Shown piece after piece: positions 9,249 to 19,374 of a stretch of 64,000 bases of DNA. A program made the position numbers and the translations under genes. The notes below the pieces were generated by a model. It ran no database searches, was not told the DNA's origin, and saw nothing but the letters and a program-made list of their open reading frames with translations. The stretch is from Verrucomicrobiota bacterium (lineage in GTDB: Bacteria; Verrucomicrobiota; Verrucomicrobiia; Opitutales; Opitutaceae), in contig JAEYWP010000016.1 in NCBI GenBank assembly GCA_023428905.1, forward strand, positions 232,454 through 296,453, read 5' to 3'. The stretch's first letter is position 1, and every line of letters starts with the position of its first letter.

Positions 9249-10334
9249 TTAGTGGGTCTTGATCGACTTCAGGAATTGCAGGAAGACGGGTTTTTGCTGC
9301 TCGAGCACCGCGGTGGGACCGACCGCTTTGAAAAACACCGTTTCACCGTCGAACGAGAGCACGGCACCAAGGAGGCGCGTATCACCGGCGGGAGAGGTGT
9401 AGTCCACCACGGTAAAGCGGAAGTCGCCGCTGACCAGAGTCGAGGTGGCGTCGCCCAGCTCGGTTTGCTGGAGAGGCCCGAGTTGGAGCTGGCCGCGCCA
9501 GCGATTGAGATTGTCGAGCAGACCCCCGGCCTCGCCGGGGAAGGATGTGATCGAAAGGTCGGCCTCTGCGCCGTCCGCACCCTTCAGGGCGTAGCTGCCC
9601 TTTCGCATCTGGGTGAGCGGCTTGGAGGACCAGCTGGCCGGGACGTCCCACGTCAGCCGGCCGAGGTGGGGATGGTCGTGGTGACTGTGTGCGTCCGCGC
9701 CGGTTCCGGATGCACCCGCCGGGGCTGCCATTGCGGCGGGCGACTCGAACGCGATGGATTCCAGGAAGGCGTGGAAGGGCGCACGCTGCGATTCCACGAG
9801 GGTCGCCTCACCCGCCATTTTGAAGAACCAGGTGCGCTCCGGTTGCTTCAGCCAGGCACCGAGGATGGCTGCGTGTTGGGTCCCCTCGATCAGCGGCGTT
9901 TCGCTGCGCATTTCCGTCAGGAGAAAGGCCCCGGAGGGGAGGGTGACCGTTCGAACATGCTGGTTGAAGTCCGCCTCCGTGAGGGGCGCGAGCTGCACCT
10001 GGCCCCGCCAGCGGTTCACGTTGGCCAGATCGCCACCGACATCCCCGGGAAACTGCGTCACAGCCATGTCGGCCTTTCGGCCGTCGGGGGCGGCAATCAA
10101 GAAGCTGGCCACGCGCACGCTGCCCGTTGGCTGCACGGTCCAGCCTTCCGGGGCGCTCCACCGCAGTCGCGGCACGGCGGCGTCTGCCTCCGCGGTGCCG
10201 GGCAGACTGCCCGCCGGACGAACCGCTTCCTTGGGAATCCGGTAATAGGAAACCTGGGCTTCGCGGCAGCCGGAAAGGGCGGCGGCGAAGATCAGAGCGA
10301 GCGCCAGTGGACGGGACGACATGAGAGGGTCCAA
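9249..10334 (-). CDS. Lipoprotein of unknown function. Two homologous domains of about 140 aa are separated by a His-rich linker (HSHHDHPH). Its stop lies 1 bp from the ccsB start.
   Basis: Signal peptide plus lipobox (AALSGC); internal duplication with the conserved motif (D/N)NxNRWRGQ(V/L)QL(A/G)PL in both halves; no thioredoxin CXXC. Confidence 0.6.
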   Translation of the reverse strand: MDPLMSSRPLALALIFAAALSGCREAQVSYYRIPKEAVRPAGSLPGTAEADAAVPRLRWSAPEGWTVQPTGSVRVASFLIAAPDGRKADMAVTQFPGDVGGDLANVNRWRGQVQLAPLTEADFNQHVRTVTLPSGAFLLTEMRSETPLIEGTQHAAILGAWLKQPERTWFFKMAGEATLVESQRAPFHAFLESIAFESPAAMAAPAGASGTGADAHSHHDHPHLGRLTWDVPASWSSKPLTQMRKGSYALKGADGAEADLSITSFPGEAGGLLDNLNRWRGQLQLGPLQQTELGDATSTLVSGDFRFTVVDYTSPAGDTRLLGAVLSFDGETVFFKAVGPTAVLEQQKPVFLQFLKSIKTH

Positions 10335-10446
10335 GGGAACGGTTTGGCCGACGATATCAACCCTAACTGGAATATGGTCGGCCGGGCGGCGGGCGGACCT
10401 TGCGCCCTGACGTGCGAGGGAACTGTTCCCGCGAACCGTGCCGCGT

Positions 10447-11565
10447 TCAACCGGCGAGCTGTAACTCCCGGTCCTTCTCGGTTTTCAGGCGGAGTTGACC
10501 GCACGCGGCGTTGATGTCGTGCCCCTTTTCGCGGCGCAGGGTGACGGAAACATCGGCGGCGCGGAGGATCTCGGCAAACCGGTCCTGCCGGGTGAGGCTC
10601 GGCCGTTTCCAGGGTAGACCTTCCACGGTGTTGTAGGGAATCAGGTTCACGTGCGCGTGCAGGTCCAGGGCGATGTCGCGCAGTTTTTCCGCTTGATCGA
10701 GGGAATCGTTCACATCCTCGATGAGGATGAACTCGAGCGTGATCATCCGCCCGTGCCGTTCGGCGAACACCTTCACGGCGGGGAGTAGTTTCGCGAGGGG
10801 GAAGGCCTTGTTCACCGGCATGATCTGCTCGCGCACCTCGTCGGTGGCGCCGTGCAGGGAGATGGCGAGTCGGAAGCCCAGGGGCTCCTCGGCGAGTTTG
10901 AGGATCTTCGGCACAAGCCCGCTGGTGGAAATCGTGATGCGCCGGGCACCGAACCCCAGGCCCCACTCGGCGTTGAGGATGGTGAGCGCCTGGATCAGTG
11001 CGTCGTAGTTGGCGAGCGGTTCCCCCATGCCCATGACGACGATGTTGTCGAACGAGGCCAGTTCGGTGCGAGCGCGCGGCGTGCGTGCGTCCTCGCGGTA
11101 ACACACCTGAAGAAGTTGAGCCACGATTTCGCCGGCGGAGAGGTCGCGCTTGAGACCGGCGAGCCCGCTGGCGCAAAAGCGGCAGGCCATCGCGCATCCC
11201 ACCTGGGTGGAGATGCAGATGGTCTTGCGCGAATGGTCGACGCCCACGCCTTCCTGGGGCGCCCGGATTATCACGGTCTCGATCAACGAGCCGTCGCGGA
11301 GCGCAAGCAGGAGCTTGTCGGTGACATCGGCCGATTGCTTGTTCAGCACCAGCTGCGCTGGGGAGAAATCGAGGGTCTCCGCCAGCCAGGCACGCAGCGG
11401 TTTTGGCAGATTGGTCATGTCATCCCAGCCGCGCGCACGCTTTTTGTAGATCCAGTCGAGGACCTGTTTGGCGCGAAAAGCCGGCTCACCGTGTGCCTGC
11501 AGGCGCGCGGTCAGGGACGAAAGGGTCTCGCCGGTGATCGGCGGCTTTTCTGGCGTGAACTTCAT
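10447..11565 (-). CDS. rlmN: 23S rRNA (adenine2503-C2)/tRNA methyltransferase RlmN (radical SAM). Start placed at MKFTPEKP; the ORF-track N-terminal 50 aa are probably an extension.
   Basis: CxxxCxxC radical SAM motif (CAMACRFCASG), C-terminal catalytic Cys region, typical length of about 370 aa. Confidence 0.88.
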   Translation of the reverse strand: MKFTPEKPPITGETLSSLTARLQAHGEPAFRAKQVLDWIYKKRARGWDDMTNLPKPLRAWLAETLDFSPAQLVLNKQSADVTDKLLLALRDGSLIETVIIRAPQEGVGVDHSRKTICISTQVGCAMACRFCASGLAGLKRDLSAGEIVAQLLQVCYREDARTPRARTELASFDNIVVMGMGEPLANYDALIQALTILNAEWGLGFGARRITISTSGLVPKILKLAEEPLGFRLAISLHGATDEVREQIMPVNKAFPLAKLLPAVKVFAERHGRMITLEFILIEDVNDSLDQAEKLRDIALDLHAHVNLIPYNTVEGLPWKRPSLTRQDRFAEILRAADVSVTLRREKGHDINAACGQLRLKTEKDRELQLAG

Positions 11566-11597
11566 GAAGGGAAGGGCGGCCGGACCTTGAGGTCCGG

Positions 11598-11627
11598 AAT
11601 GACGAAGGGCGAAGGCGAAATGACGAA
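11598..11627. repeat. AATGACGAA direct repeat pair (21-bp period) 33-62 bp upstream of the rlmN start, related to the rph-upstream repeats
   Basis: GGAATGACGAAgggcgaaggcGAAATGACGAAtga; additional CCAATGA and GAATCACGAA motifs nearby (11671..11680, 11827..11836). Confidence 0.75.
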
Positions 11628-11898
11628 TGAGAGAATCGGGACGGCAAGGGGGAGGACGGTGGCCAATGAACCCTCGCCCATCTGCAGGTGGCTGCGGGTG
11701 GTGACTCTTGATCACCGGGTGTGACGGTGGAGTAATGACGGCTGGGAGTGGGGGATTGTCGAGTGATGAAATGGGGGGGGGCGCCCTGCCACACCGGGGG
11801 CCCTCGAATCAGCATTCCTGAACCAAGAATCACGAACGATGAATGTTTTCGGGTATTCACGCTCATCCATGAAAATTTTTTATCCGAGGCTGGCGCCT

Positions 11899-11914
11899 TG
11901 GCCTAAATGTTGCT
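11899..11914 (+). promoter_or_regulatory. Candidate sigma-54 (-24/-12) promoter TGGCCTAAATGTTGCT about 70 bp upstream of glnN
   Basis: Matches TGGC-N7-TTGC(T) with the correct GG-N10-GC spacing; glutamine synthetase genes are classic NtrC/sigma-54 targets. Confidence 0.4.
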
Positions 11915-11984
11915 TTCTCGCAGGTCGCCTCCGGGTCTTTTGGTTTGGGCACGGCGGCCTCTTCCATAAACCCTTCCACTATCC

Positions 11985-14153
11985 ATGAGTGTCAGTCCCG
12001 CTCGTCTCGCTGCCATTTCCGCTGCGAACAACTACCGCACCACGAACACGCTGGCTTTCACCCAAAGCCACTCTGCCGCCCTTTTCGGCAAGAACGTCTT
12101 CAATGAAAAGGTCATGCAGTCCCGCCTGCCGAAGGCGGTCTACAAGTCCCTGAGGAAGACGATCGAGACCGGCGCTCCGCTCGACGGCAGCACGGCGGAC
12201 ATCGTGGCGACGGCCATCAAGGACTGGGCGCTCGAGCACGGCGCGACGCATTACTCCCACGTTTTCCAGCCCCTGACCGGGCTGACGGCGGAAAAGCACG
12301 ACAGCTTCCTCGAGCCGGACGGCAAGGGTGGGGCGATCGCGGAGTTTTCCGGCAAGCAGCTGATCCAAGGCGAGCCCGATGCCTCGTCGTTCCCTTCCGG
12401 TGGTATCCGCGCGACCTTTGAAGCGCGTGGTTACACGGCGTGGGACGTGACCAGCCCCTGTTTCCTGGTCGAGAACGCCAACGGTGTCACCCTTTGCATC
12501 CCGACTGCCTTCGTGTCTTGGACGGGCGAAGTGCTCGACCTCAAGACCCCGATCCTGCGCTCGATGAAGGCGCTCGACCAGCAGGCCCGCCGTATCCTCA
12601 AGCTTTTTGGCCACGAGAACATCCCGATGGTCACGGCGACCGCGGGTCCCGAGCAGGAGTACTTCCTGATCGACCGCAATTTCTTCCTCTCCCGCCCGGA
12701 CCTCGTCTCGTCGGGTCGCACGCTTTTCGGCGCCCGTCCGCCGAAGGGTCAGGAGTTTGAAGACCAGTATTTCGGCGTGATCCCGGACCGCGTGCTCGCC
12801 TACATGCACGAGTGCGAGTCCGAGCTCTACAAGCTGGGTATCCCGGTGAAGACCCGCCACAACGAGGTCGCCCCGTCGCAGTACGAAATCGCTCCCATTT
12901 ACGAGAACGCGAACGTCGCCGCCGACCACCAGCAGCAGCTGATGATCACGCTCAAGCGCATCGCCCGTAAATATGGCCTGGAGTGCCTGCTGCACGAGAA
13001 GCCCTTTGCCGGCGTGAATGGCTCGGGCAAGCACCTGAACTGGTCCTTGGGCAACAGCGCCCAGGGCAACCTCCTCGATCCGGGTCACACCCCGCACGAG
13101 AACATGCAGTTCCTGGTCTTCTGCGCCGCCGTCGTGCGTGCGGTCCACCGCCACGGTGGTCTCCTCCGCGCCATGGTCGCCTCCGCCTCGAACGACCACC
13201 GTCTCGGCGCCAACGAAGCACCTCCGGCGATCATCTCCATCTTCCTCGGCGACCAGCTCGCCGACGTGTTCGAGCAGCTGAAGAAGGGCAAGGCCAAGTC
13301 CTCCAAGAAGGCGGGCACGATGCACCTCGGCGTCGATTCGCTGCCGGTCCTCCCGAAGGACGCTGGCGACCGCAACCGCACCTCGCCCTTCGCCTTCACC
13401 GGCAACAAGTTCGAGTATCGCGCGGTGGCGTCCAACCAGTCGATCGGCGCTCCGCTCGCCGCCCTCAACACCATCGTGGCCGAGTCGCTCGATTATATCG
13501 CGACCAAGCTCGAGAAGGCCAAGGGCAAGAAATTCGAGGATGCCGTCGCCGACGTGCTCACCGAAATCGCCACCGAACACAGCGCCGTGATCTTTAACGG
13601 CAACGGGTATTCGGAAGAGTGGCACAAGGAAGCCGCCAGCCGCGGCCTGCCCAATCTCCGCACCACGGTGGACGCCGTGCCGGTGATCGCCTCCAAGCAG
13701 ACCGTCGCCGCCTACGAGAAGTACGGGGTGCTGACCAAGCGCGAACTCGAAGCCCGCCGCGACATCGCCTACGAGCAGTACTGCAAGCACGTGAACGTTG
13801 AGGCCAACCTCGTCAGCGAGATGGTCTCGACCAAGTTCCTGCCGACCGCGATGCGCTACCAGACCGAGCTCGCCGCCAATGCCGCCGCCCTCAAGGCCGC
13901 AGGCATGAAGCCGGACACTCGTCTCCTGGAAAAGGTGAGCGCACTGATCGCCGATCTGCAGGCCGGCCTCGACACGCTGGCCGAGCTGCGCAGCCACCAC
14001 GCCGCAAATCTGGCGGACGAGGCTGAGCACTTCTGCCACGAGGTCCTCCCGCAGCTGGTAGCCGTCCGCAAAACGGTCGATACCCTCGAGACCCTCTGCC
14101 CGGACGACAGCTGGCCGGTGCCGACCTACGAAGAGATCCTCTTCATCAAGTAA
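11985..14153 (+). CDS. glnN: Glutamine synthetase type III
   Basis: 722 aa, typical GSIII N-terminus (…[11 protein letters not shown]…[16 protein letters not shown]); size and architecture match GSIII rather than GSI. Confidence 0.88.
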   Translation: MSVSPARLAAISAANNYRTTNTLAFTQSHSAALFGKNVFNEKVMQSRLPKAVYKSLRKTIETGAPLDGSTADIVATAIKDWALEHGATHYSHVFQPLTGLTAEKHDSFLEPDGKGGAIAEFSGKQLIQGEPDASSFPSGGIRATFEARGYTAWDVTSPCFLVENANGVTLCIPTAFVSWTGEVLDLKTPILRSMKALDQQARRILKLFGHENIPMVTATAGPEQEYFLIDRNFFLSRPDLVSSGRTLFGARPPKGQEFEDQYFGVIPDRVLAYMHECESELYKLGIPVKTRHNEVAPSQYEIAPIYENANVAADHQQQLMITLKRIARKYGLECLLHEKPFAGVNGSGKHLNWSLGNSAQGNLLDPGHTPHENMQFLVFCAAVVRAVHRHGGLLRAMVASASNDHRLGANEAPPAIISIFLGDQLADVFEQLKKGKAKSSKKAGTMHLGVDSLPVLPKDAGDRNRTSPFAFTGNKFEYRAVASNQSIGAPLAALNTIVAESLDYIATKLEKAKGKKFEDAVADVLTEIATEHSAVIFNGNGYSEEWHKEAASRGLPNLRTTVDAVPVIASKQTVAAYEKYGVLTKRELEARRDIAYEQYCKHVNVEANLVSEMVSTKFLPTAMRYQTELAANAAALKAAGMKPDTRLLEKVSALIADLQAGLDTLAELRSHHAANLADEAEHFCHEVLPQLVAVRKTVDTLETLCPDDSWPVPTYEEILFIK

Positions 14154-14170
14154 TTCGCTGCGACCAGGAT

Positions 14171-14198
14171 ACGTTTTCAACCCGCGCCGGGCTCGGCG
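14171..14198 (+). terminator. Rho-independent terminator of glnN (CCCGCGCC-ggGCTC-GGCGCGGG followed by TTTTTT)
   Basis: GC-rich 8-bp stem plus T6 run immediately after the glnN stop. Confidence 0.8.
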
Positions 14199-14301
14199 CG
14201 GGTTTTTTATTATTCCAACGGGACGATGGTTCCCGGGGGCCGGTTGTGACACTTCCGTGACGCCTGATTCCAGCGCCTTCTGGCACAGTGGAAGACGTTC
14301 C

Positions 14302-15810
14302 ATGAACTCCTCCCGTACCCGCTCTTCCGACTCCACCGCCGCGACTTCCACCGGGCACTTCAGACGGCTCTTTTCCGGCCACTGGACCATCCGCCGGCGC
14401 ATCACGACCTGCCTGGGGCTGATCCTTTCCCTGGTAGCGATTCAGTCGGCCCTCACGCTGTTCAAACTTCGCACCATGCAGGGCGAAGTTCACACCCTGA
14501 CCGTCGAGTCGTTGCCCGGCTTGGTCGACATTGGGAACGTCCAGCGCAATGCGGGTGAGATCCAGATCCTGGTCCTGCGTCTCCTGTTACCGCATACGGA
14601 AGGGCAGTCCGCGGAGTACGTGAAGGCGATTGACGCACTTTCCGCACGGAATTCAAAGCTCACCGACGCCTTCAAAACGAACCGCAAGGGCGCGGAAATC
14701 GAGGCGCTCTTCGCCGCAATGATTGAGCGCCGTGACAACTACCGCCGCGTGCGGGCGGCGTTGATCGCCCTGGTGCAGGAGGGTCGGCGCGAGGAGGCGC
14801 TGGAGTTTAACGCATCCGCGCTGCGGCCGGCTTTCAACACCTTCGAGGAGTCGCTCGATGCGCTCGCGCAGCGCACGATGGCGGAAGGCCTCGATGCCGG
14901 ATCAAAACTCGACGCGAGTGCGAACCTGACGGTGAAGGCGGCGCTGGTTTCCGCCGCGGCCGTCCTGTTTCTCTCGCTCTTTGCCGGCCGATGGATCGTG
15001 CACAGTCTCGGTCGCGTGCTCGGCCGGGTGGCCGCGTCCTTGGAGGAGGGCTCCAATCAGGTGGCCGCCGCCGCTGCGCAGGTAGCCGCCTCGAGCCAGT
15101 CCCTCGCCGAGGGCGCGAGTGAACAGGCCGCCTCCCTCGAGGAGACGAGCTCGTCGCTGGAGGAGATGTCGAGCATGACCAAGCGCAATTCCGAGAGCGC
15201 GGCAAAGGCCAACACCCTGGCACGCGATACACGAACGGCAGCCGACGCGGGCGCGATGGACATGCAGGCGATGAAAGCAGCGATGCAGGAGATCAAACAG
15301 TCCAGTGACGACATCGCCAAGATCGTGAAGACGATCGATGAAATCGCCTTTCAGACCAACATCCTCGCCCTGAATGCCGCGGTGGAAGCGGCCCGGGCGG
15401 GCACGGCCGGCGCCGGGTTTGCCGTGGTGGCGGATGAGGTCCGCGCGCTGGCGCAGCGCAGTGCGATCGCGGCCCGCGAGACGGCGGACAAAATCGACGG
15501 TGCCATTGTGAAGACCACCCAGGGGGTGGAGATCTCCGAGAAGGTGGCCCTTAGCCTGGGCCAGATTGTCGAGCGGGTGCGCCAGGTCGACCAGTTGATC
15601 ACCGATGTCAGCACTGCAAGTGGCGAGCAGACGATCGGCGTCTCCCAGATCAATACCACGGTGGGGCAGATGGACAAGGTTGTACAGGGTGCCGCCAGCA
15701 CGGCGGAGGAAACGGCGGCGGCGGCGGAGGAACTTCACGGTCAGGCCGGGGCGATGCGCGATTCCGTGACAGAGTTGGTGCGCCTGCTCGGCAACGCGCG
15801 CCGTTCCTGA
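14302..15810 (+). CDS. Methyl-accepting chemotaxis protein (N-terminal 4HB-type sensor, TM, HAMP, MCP signalling domain)
   Basis: Highly conserved MCP signalling region (…FQTNILALNAAVEAARAGTAGAGFAVVADEVRALAQRSA…); start uncertain (14257 or 14302). Confidence 0.85.
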   Translation: MNSSRTRSSDSTAATSTGHFRRLFSGHWTIRRRITTCLGLILSLVAIQSALTLFKLRTMQGEVHTLTVESLPGLVDIGNVQRNAGEIQILVLRLLLPHTEGQSAEYVKAIDALSARNSKLTDAFKTNRKGAEIEALFAAMIERRDNYRRVRAALIALVQEGRREEALEFNASALRPAFNTFEESLDALAQRTMAEGLDAGSKLDASANLTVKAALVSAAAVLFLSLFAGRWIVHSLGRVLGRVAASLEEGSNQVAAAAAQVAASSQSLAEGASEQAASLEETSSSLEEMSSMTKRNSESAAKANTLARDTRTAADAGAMDMQAMKAAMQEIKQSSDDIAKIVKTIDEIAFQTNILALNAAVEAARAGTAGAGFAVVADEVRALAQRSAIAARETADKIDGAIVKTTQGVEISEKVALSLGQIVERVRQVDQLITDVSTASGEQTIGVSQINTTVGQMDKVVQGAASTAEETAAAAEELHGQAGAMRDSVTELVRLLGNARRS

Positions 15811-15876
15811 CCGCCACGGCGGGGCAGACGACCCGCAAACTACGCCTGACGGGTGGTGTGTTTTCGCGCCGCCTGG

Positions 15877-17907
15877 TCAGCCTGCGGGAGCGGGAGCAGG
15901 GGACGCAGAGCGGGACTGAAGCGCGTCGTGCACGGCGCCGAAAAGCTGCCCCCGGCTGTAAGGCTTCGCCAAATACACCACGCCCAGCTCCGCCAGGGTG
16001 GCGTTGGGCAGGTCCGTCTGGTTTCGGCCGGTGACCAGCACGATCGGAATGCCCGGGCGGATCTGCCGCAGGCCGCGGATCGCACCCAGGCCGTCGAGAG
16101 ACGGCATCGTCCAGTCCAGGACCACGGCGGCAATCTGGTCCCGGCGGAGGGCGAGCTGGGCCAGCGCATCGACCCCGTCAGTGGCCGGCACCACATGGTA
16201 ACCATTGGCCTTGAGGGACGCGCAGGTGATTTCGCGGACGGTGAGTTCATCGTCCACCGCCAGAAGCCACTCGCCGTTGCCTCTCGGACCGACGGCGGCT
16301 TGAGGGCCCGGCGCAGCGGCGGCTTGTCGAGACGCGGGCAGCAGGACGTGGAATCGCGTGCCGGCTCCCGGCGTGCTTTCCACCTGCAGGCTGCCGCGAT
16401 GCTCGCGCACGATCGCCTGGACGGTGGCAAGACCGAGCCCGGTTCCCTGGCCCGCACCCTTGGTGGTAAAGAAAGGTTCGAAGATGCGATCGAGCACCTC
16501 CTTCGGCATCCCGCAGCCCGTATCCGAAACGGTCAGACGCAGGTAGTCGCCCGGCTGGATCGTTCCCTGGAGGCCGGCGAACGCCGCATCGGCGTGCACG
16601 TTCTCCAAGGTGAGGGTGAGTTCCCCACCGCGCTCCATCGCGTCGCGCGCGTTCACGCAGAGGTTCATCAGGAGCTGGTGAAGCTGGCCTGCGTCGCCCA
16701 GCACCGACCACAGGTCCGGCGCAAAGCGAAGCTGGATTCGGATCGTCCGCGGAAAGGTTTCTCGGAGCAGGCGCTGCACCTCCCGCGCGAGATGCTCGAG
16801 GCGGAAGGGAGTGTGCTCACCCTCGGTGCCGCGGACAAAGGTGAGGATCTGTTTCACCATCGAGGCGCCGCGACGCGAACTGGTCACGATGATCTCGGCC
16901 AGGTTCTGGACCGAGCCGGCAGACGGGTCTTCCTCGAGGGACTGCGCCATCATGATCAGCGGCGTAAAGACGTTGTTCAGATCATGGGCGATCCCGCTCG
17001 CCAGGGCCCCGACCGATTCCAGCCGCTGTGCCCGGAGGAACTGGGCCTCGACCTGCTTCTTTTCCGTCACGTCGGTGTTTACGATCAAGAAGGACGCGGG
17101 CCGCCCGGTGGAGTCGACAACGAGGGTCCAACGAGACTCGAGCACCTGCGCTCGTCCCGTGCCGGTGGACCGATGCAACTCTCCCGTCCACTCTCCGTGA
17201 GCGAGGGTCGCCGCCACCGGATCCTCGTCAATCCGTACGGGAACTTCAGATACGAGATCCTGGAAGCGCCTCCCCAACGCCCGCTCGCGTGCGATCTGGT
17301 AGAGGCGTTCGGCACTGCGGTTCCAGTACTCAATGGTGCCCTCCAGGTTTCGCACCAGGATGGCGTCGCGCGCCTTGTCGAGGAGGGCAGCCTGGTCGCG
17401 CGTCTTTTTCTCCGCCTCCTGTCGCACCGTGATCTCGCGCCGCAGCGCTTCGTTCGCCTGCGCCAGTTCCGCGGTGCGGTCGCGCACCCTGCGTTCGAGC
17501 GTATCGTGGGCCTGGCGCAATGCGCGCCGGAGGTGGTCGTTCATCAGCGCCATCTCGATGCAGATCTGCAGTTCCCGCTCGCGAAAGGGCTTGAGGAGGT
17601 AGTTGGCCGGCTGGGTTTGCTTCGCCCGCGCCAGGGTCGCCTCATCGGCGTTGGCAGTGAGGAAAATCACGGGGACGTCGCGCTCAGACCGGATCCGTGA
17701 CGCCGCTTCGATGCCGTCGGCCTCCCCGGCGAGACAGATGTCCATCAGCACCAAGTCGGGACGGACTTTTCTGGTCTCGGCCACCGCGGCCTCGCCGCTG
17801 GCCACGGTGGCAACGATGTCAAAACCGAGCTTTCGCAGGCGACGTTCCAGGTCGAGGGCGACCACCAGTTCGTCCTCGCAGATCAAAATTCGGGGTGTCT
17901 CGGTCAT
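15877..17907 (-). CDS. Hybrid sensor histidine kinase: REC - coiled coil/PAS - HisKA - HATPase_c - REC
   Basis: N-terminal receiver (ILICEDELVVALDL…DLVLMDICL), H-box (IAHDLNNVFTPL), G-boxes (DTGCGM, GTGLGLA), C-terminal receiver (LLAVDDE…VVLDWTMP). Confidence 0.85.
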   Translation of the reverse strand: MTETPRILICEDELVVALDLERRLRKLGFDIVATVASGEAAVAETRKVRPDLVLMDICLAGEADGIEAASRIRSERDVPVIFLTANADEATLARAKQTQPANYLLKPFRERELQICIEMALMNDHLRRALRQAHDTLERRVRDRTAELAQANEALRREITVRQEAEKKTRDQAALLDKARDAILVRNLEGTIEYWNRSAERLYQIARERALGRRFQDLVSEVPVRIDEDPVAATLAHGEWTGELHRSTGTGRAQVLESRWTLVVDSTGRPASFLIVNTDVTEKKQVEAQFLRAQRLESVGALASGIAHDLNNVFTPLIMMAQSLEEDPSAGSVQNLAEIIVTSSRRGASMVKQILTFVRGTEGEHTPFRLEHLAREVQRLLRETFPRTIRIQLRFAPDLWSVLGDAGQLHQLLMNLCVNARDAMERGGELTLTLENVHADAAFAGLQGTIQPGDYLRLTVSDTGCGMPKEVLDRIFEPFFTTKGAGQGTGLGLATVQAIVREHRGSLQVESTPGAGTRFHVLLPASRQAAAAPGPQAAVGPRGNGEWLLAVDDELTVREITCASLKANGYHVVPATDGVDALAQLALRRDQIAAVVLDWTMPSLDGLGAIRGLRQIRPGIPIVLVTGRNQTDLPNATLAELGVVYLAKPYSRGQLFGAVHDALQSRSASPAPAPAG

Positions 17908-19367
17908 GGGCGTAGGCGAGATGGGGGTGCCTCGTGGAGTTGCAGCCGGAAAAGCGTTCCGGGAGGCCCCGACACCTCAAGGCTGCCGCGGAGTTGCTGC
18001 ACCAAGGTGAAGACCAGCTGCATGCCGAGGGAGCCGGTGCTGCGGAGATCCACCCCGGCTGGAATTCCCTTCCCGTTGTCCTGCACCTCCAGAAGCAGCC
18101 CGTCCGCGGTCGCGTGCAGGCGTACGGTAATGGTGCCGCCAGTGCCGGGGGCGAAGGCGTGTTTATAGGCGTTCGAGACCAGCTCATTGATCAAAAGCCC
18201 GCACGGGATTGCGGTGTCGATTCCCAGGTGAACGGGTCCGGCCTCCAGACAGAACTGCACCGGGGCCGCACCGACTTGGGATCCGACGACGTTGTCGGTG
18301 AGCTCGCGGACGTAGTCGGCAAAATCGATCCGGGCGAGGTCGTTCGATTGGTAGAGTTTCTCGTGAACCAACGCCATCGACGCGATGCGGTTTTGCGACT
18401 GGAGGAAGAGATCTCGCGTCTCCGCCGAGGTGATGTGTTCCAGCTGCAGACTGAGCAGGCTGGAGATGATCTGCATGTTGTTCTTCACCCGGTGGTGGAT
18501 CTCCTTCAACAGCACTTCTTTTTCGCGCAGGGAACGCTCCACCCGCTGCTCTGCCTCGCGACGGGGCGTGATGTCCGCCTGGACCCCGATGAAGTGCGTG
18601 ACCTCGCCCGCCGCATTGGTCACCGGGGAGATTCGTATCTCGTTCCAGAAGGCGCGTCCGTCCTTGCGATAGTTTCGGACCACGGTGTCGCAGGTCACCT
18701 TGCGCCGGAGCGCCTGACGCATCTCGCCGAGCCCCGGCTGATCGGCGTCGTCGCCGTGGAGGAAACGGCAATTGCGACCGATGAACTCCTCCGGCAGGTA
18801 CCCGGTGATCGCCTCGACTGCGCGGTTGGCGAAAATGACGGGCATATCCGGCAGGCGCGCATCAACGATCACGACGCCGTTGTGGGAAGTGTTCACGGCG
18901 AGTTCGAGCAGCCTTAGCTTCTGCTGGTGCTGCAGACTGTCGGCCGCCTCCGTGAGGTAGCCCTCGCAATAGGCGCCGCGTGCATCCTTGCGTGTGCGCA
19001 CGTGAAAACGGAGAAGGCGGGGGATGGGCCCGCAGTCCCTTAGTGTGTATTCAAGGGTTCGGTATACGGCGGGTGTCTCGCCGGGCGCGGCCCAGCCCGC
19101 TTCCGCGGCGGCGTAGTCGTCCGGGTTGACCAGATCCCACAAAGAAATGGCGCCGCTGGACACCGCTTGGGCGGAAATGCCAAAACGGGCGATATTGGCC
19201 GACGCGTATTCAATCGGCCACCCCGGCTCCAGACGCCAGCGGATCGCCACGAAGGGACTGCTCTCAACGATCTCGCGGAGGAGGCGGTCGGCAGCCACTG
19301 CCTCCGCCTGCGTGGAAGAAGGCGCCATGCTCACACATCGGTCCTTTCCCCCATTGGTTTTAGTCAA
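17904..19367 (-). CDS. Sensor histidine kinase, PAS-PAS-HisKA_2/HWE-type-HATPase_c, no TM
   Basis: Two PAS-like regions, H-box of the HisKA_2 type (EIHHRVKNNMQIISSLLSLQ), ATPase region (DNGKGIPAG…GSLGMQLV). Confidence 0.8.
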   Translation of the reverse strand: MTKTNGGKDRCVSMAPSSTQAEAVAADRLLREIVESSPFVAIRWRLEPGWPIEYASANIARFGISAQAVSSGAISLWDLVNPDDYAAAEAGWAAPGETPAVYRTLEYTLRDCGPIPRLLRFHVRTRKDARGAYCEGYLTEAADSLQHQQKLRLLELAVNTSHNGVVIVDARLPDMPVIFANRAVEAITGYLPEEFIGRNCRFLHGDDADQPGLGEMRQALRRKVTCDTVVRNYRKDGRAFWNEIRISPVTNAAGEVTHFIGVQADITPRREAEQRVERSLREKEVLLKEIHHRVKNNMQIISSLLSLQLEHITSAETRDLFLQSQNRIASMALVHEKLYQSNDLARIDFADYVRELTDNVVGSQVGAAPVQFCLEAGPVHLGIDTAIPCGLLINELVSNAYKHAFAPGTGGTITVRLHATADGLLLEVQDNGKGIPAGVDLRSTGSLGMQLVFTLVQQLRGSLEVSGPPGTLFRLQLHEAPPSRLRP

Positions 19368-19374
19368 AACGCCG

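Noticed and set aside
11979-14405. 808-aa minus-strand ORF covering the whole of glnN
   Set aside because: This is an antisense shadow ORF of glnN with an Arg/Gly/Ala-rich composition typical of non-coding reverse frames in high-GC genomes. The same reasoning applies to many other listed ORFs (for example 866..2110, 5842..6504, 6219..7346, 22231..22926, 24682..27027, 31214..32809, 40628..43063, 44271..45866, 55731..57506).
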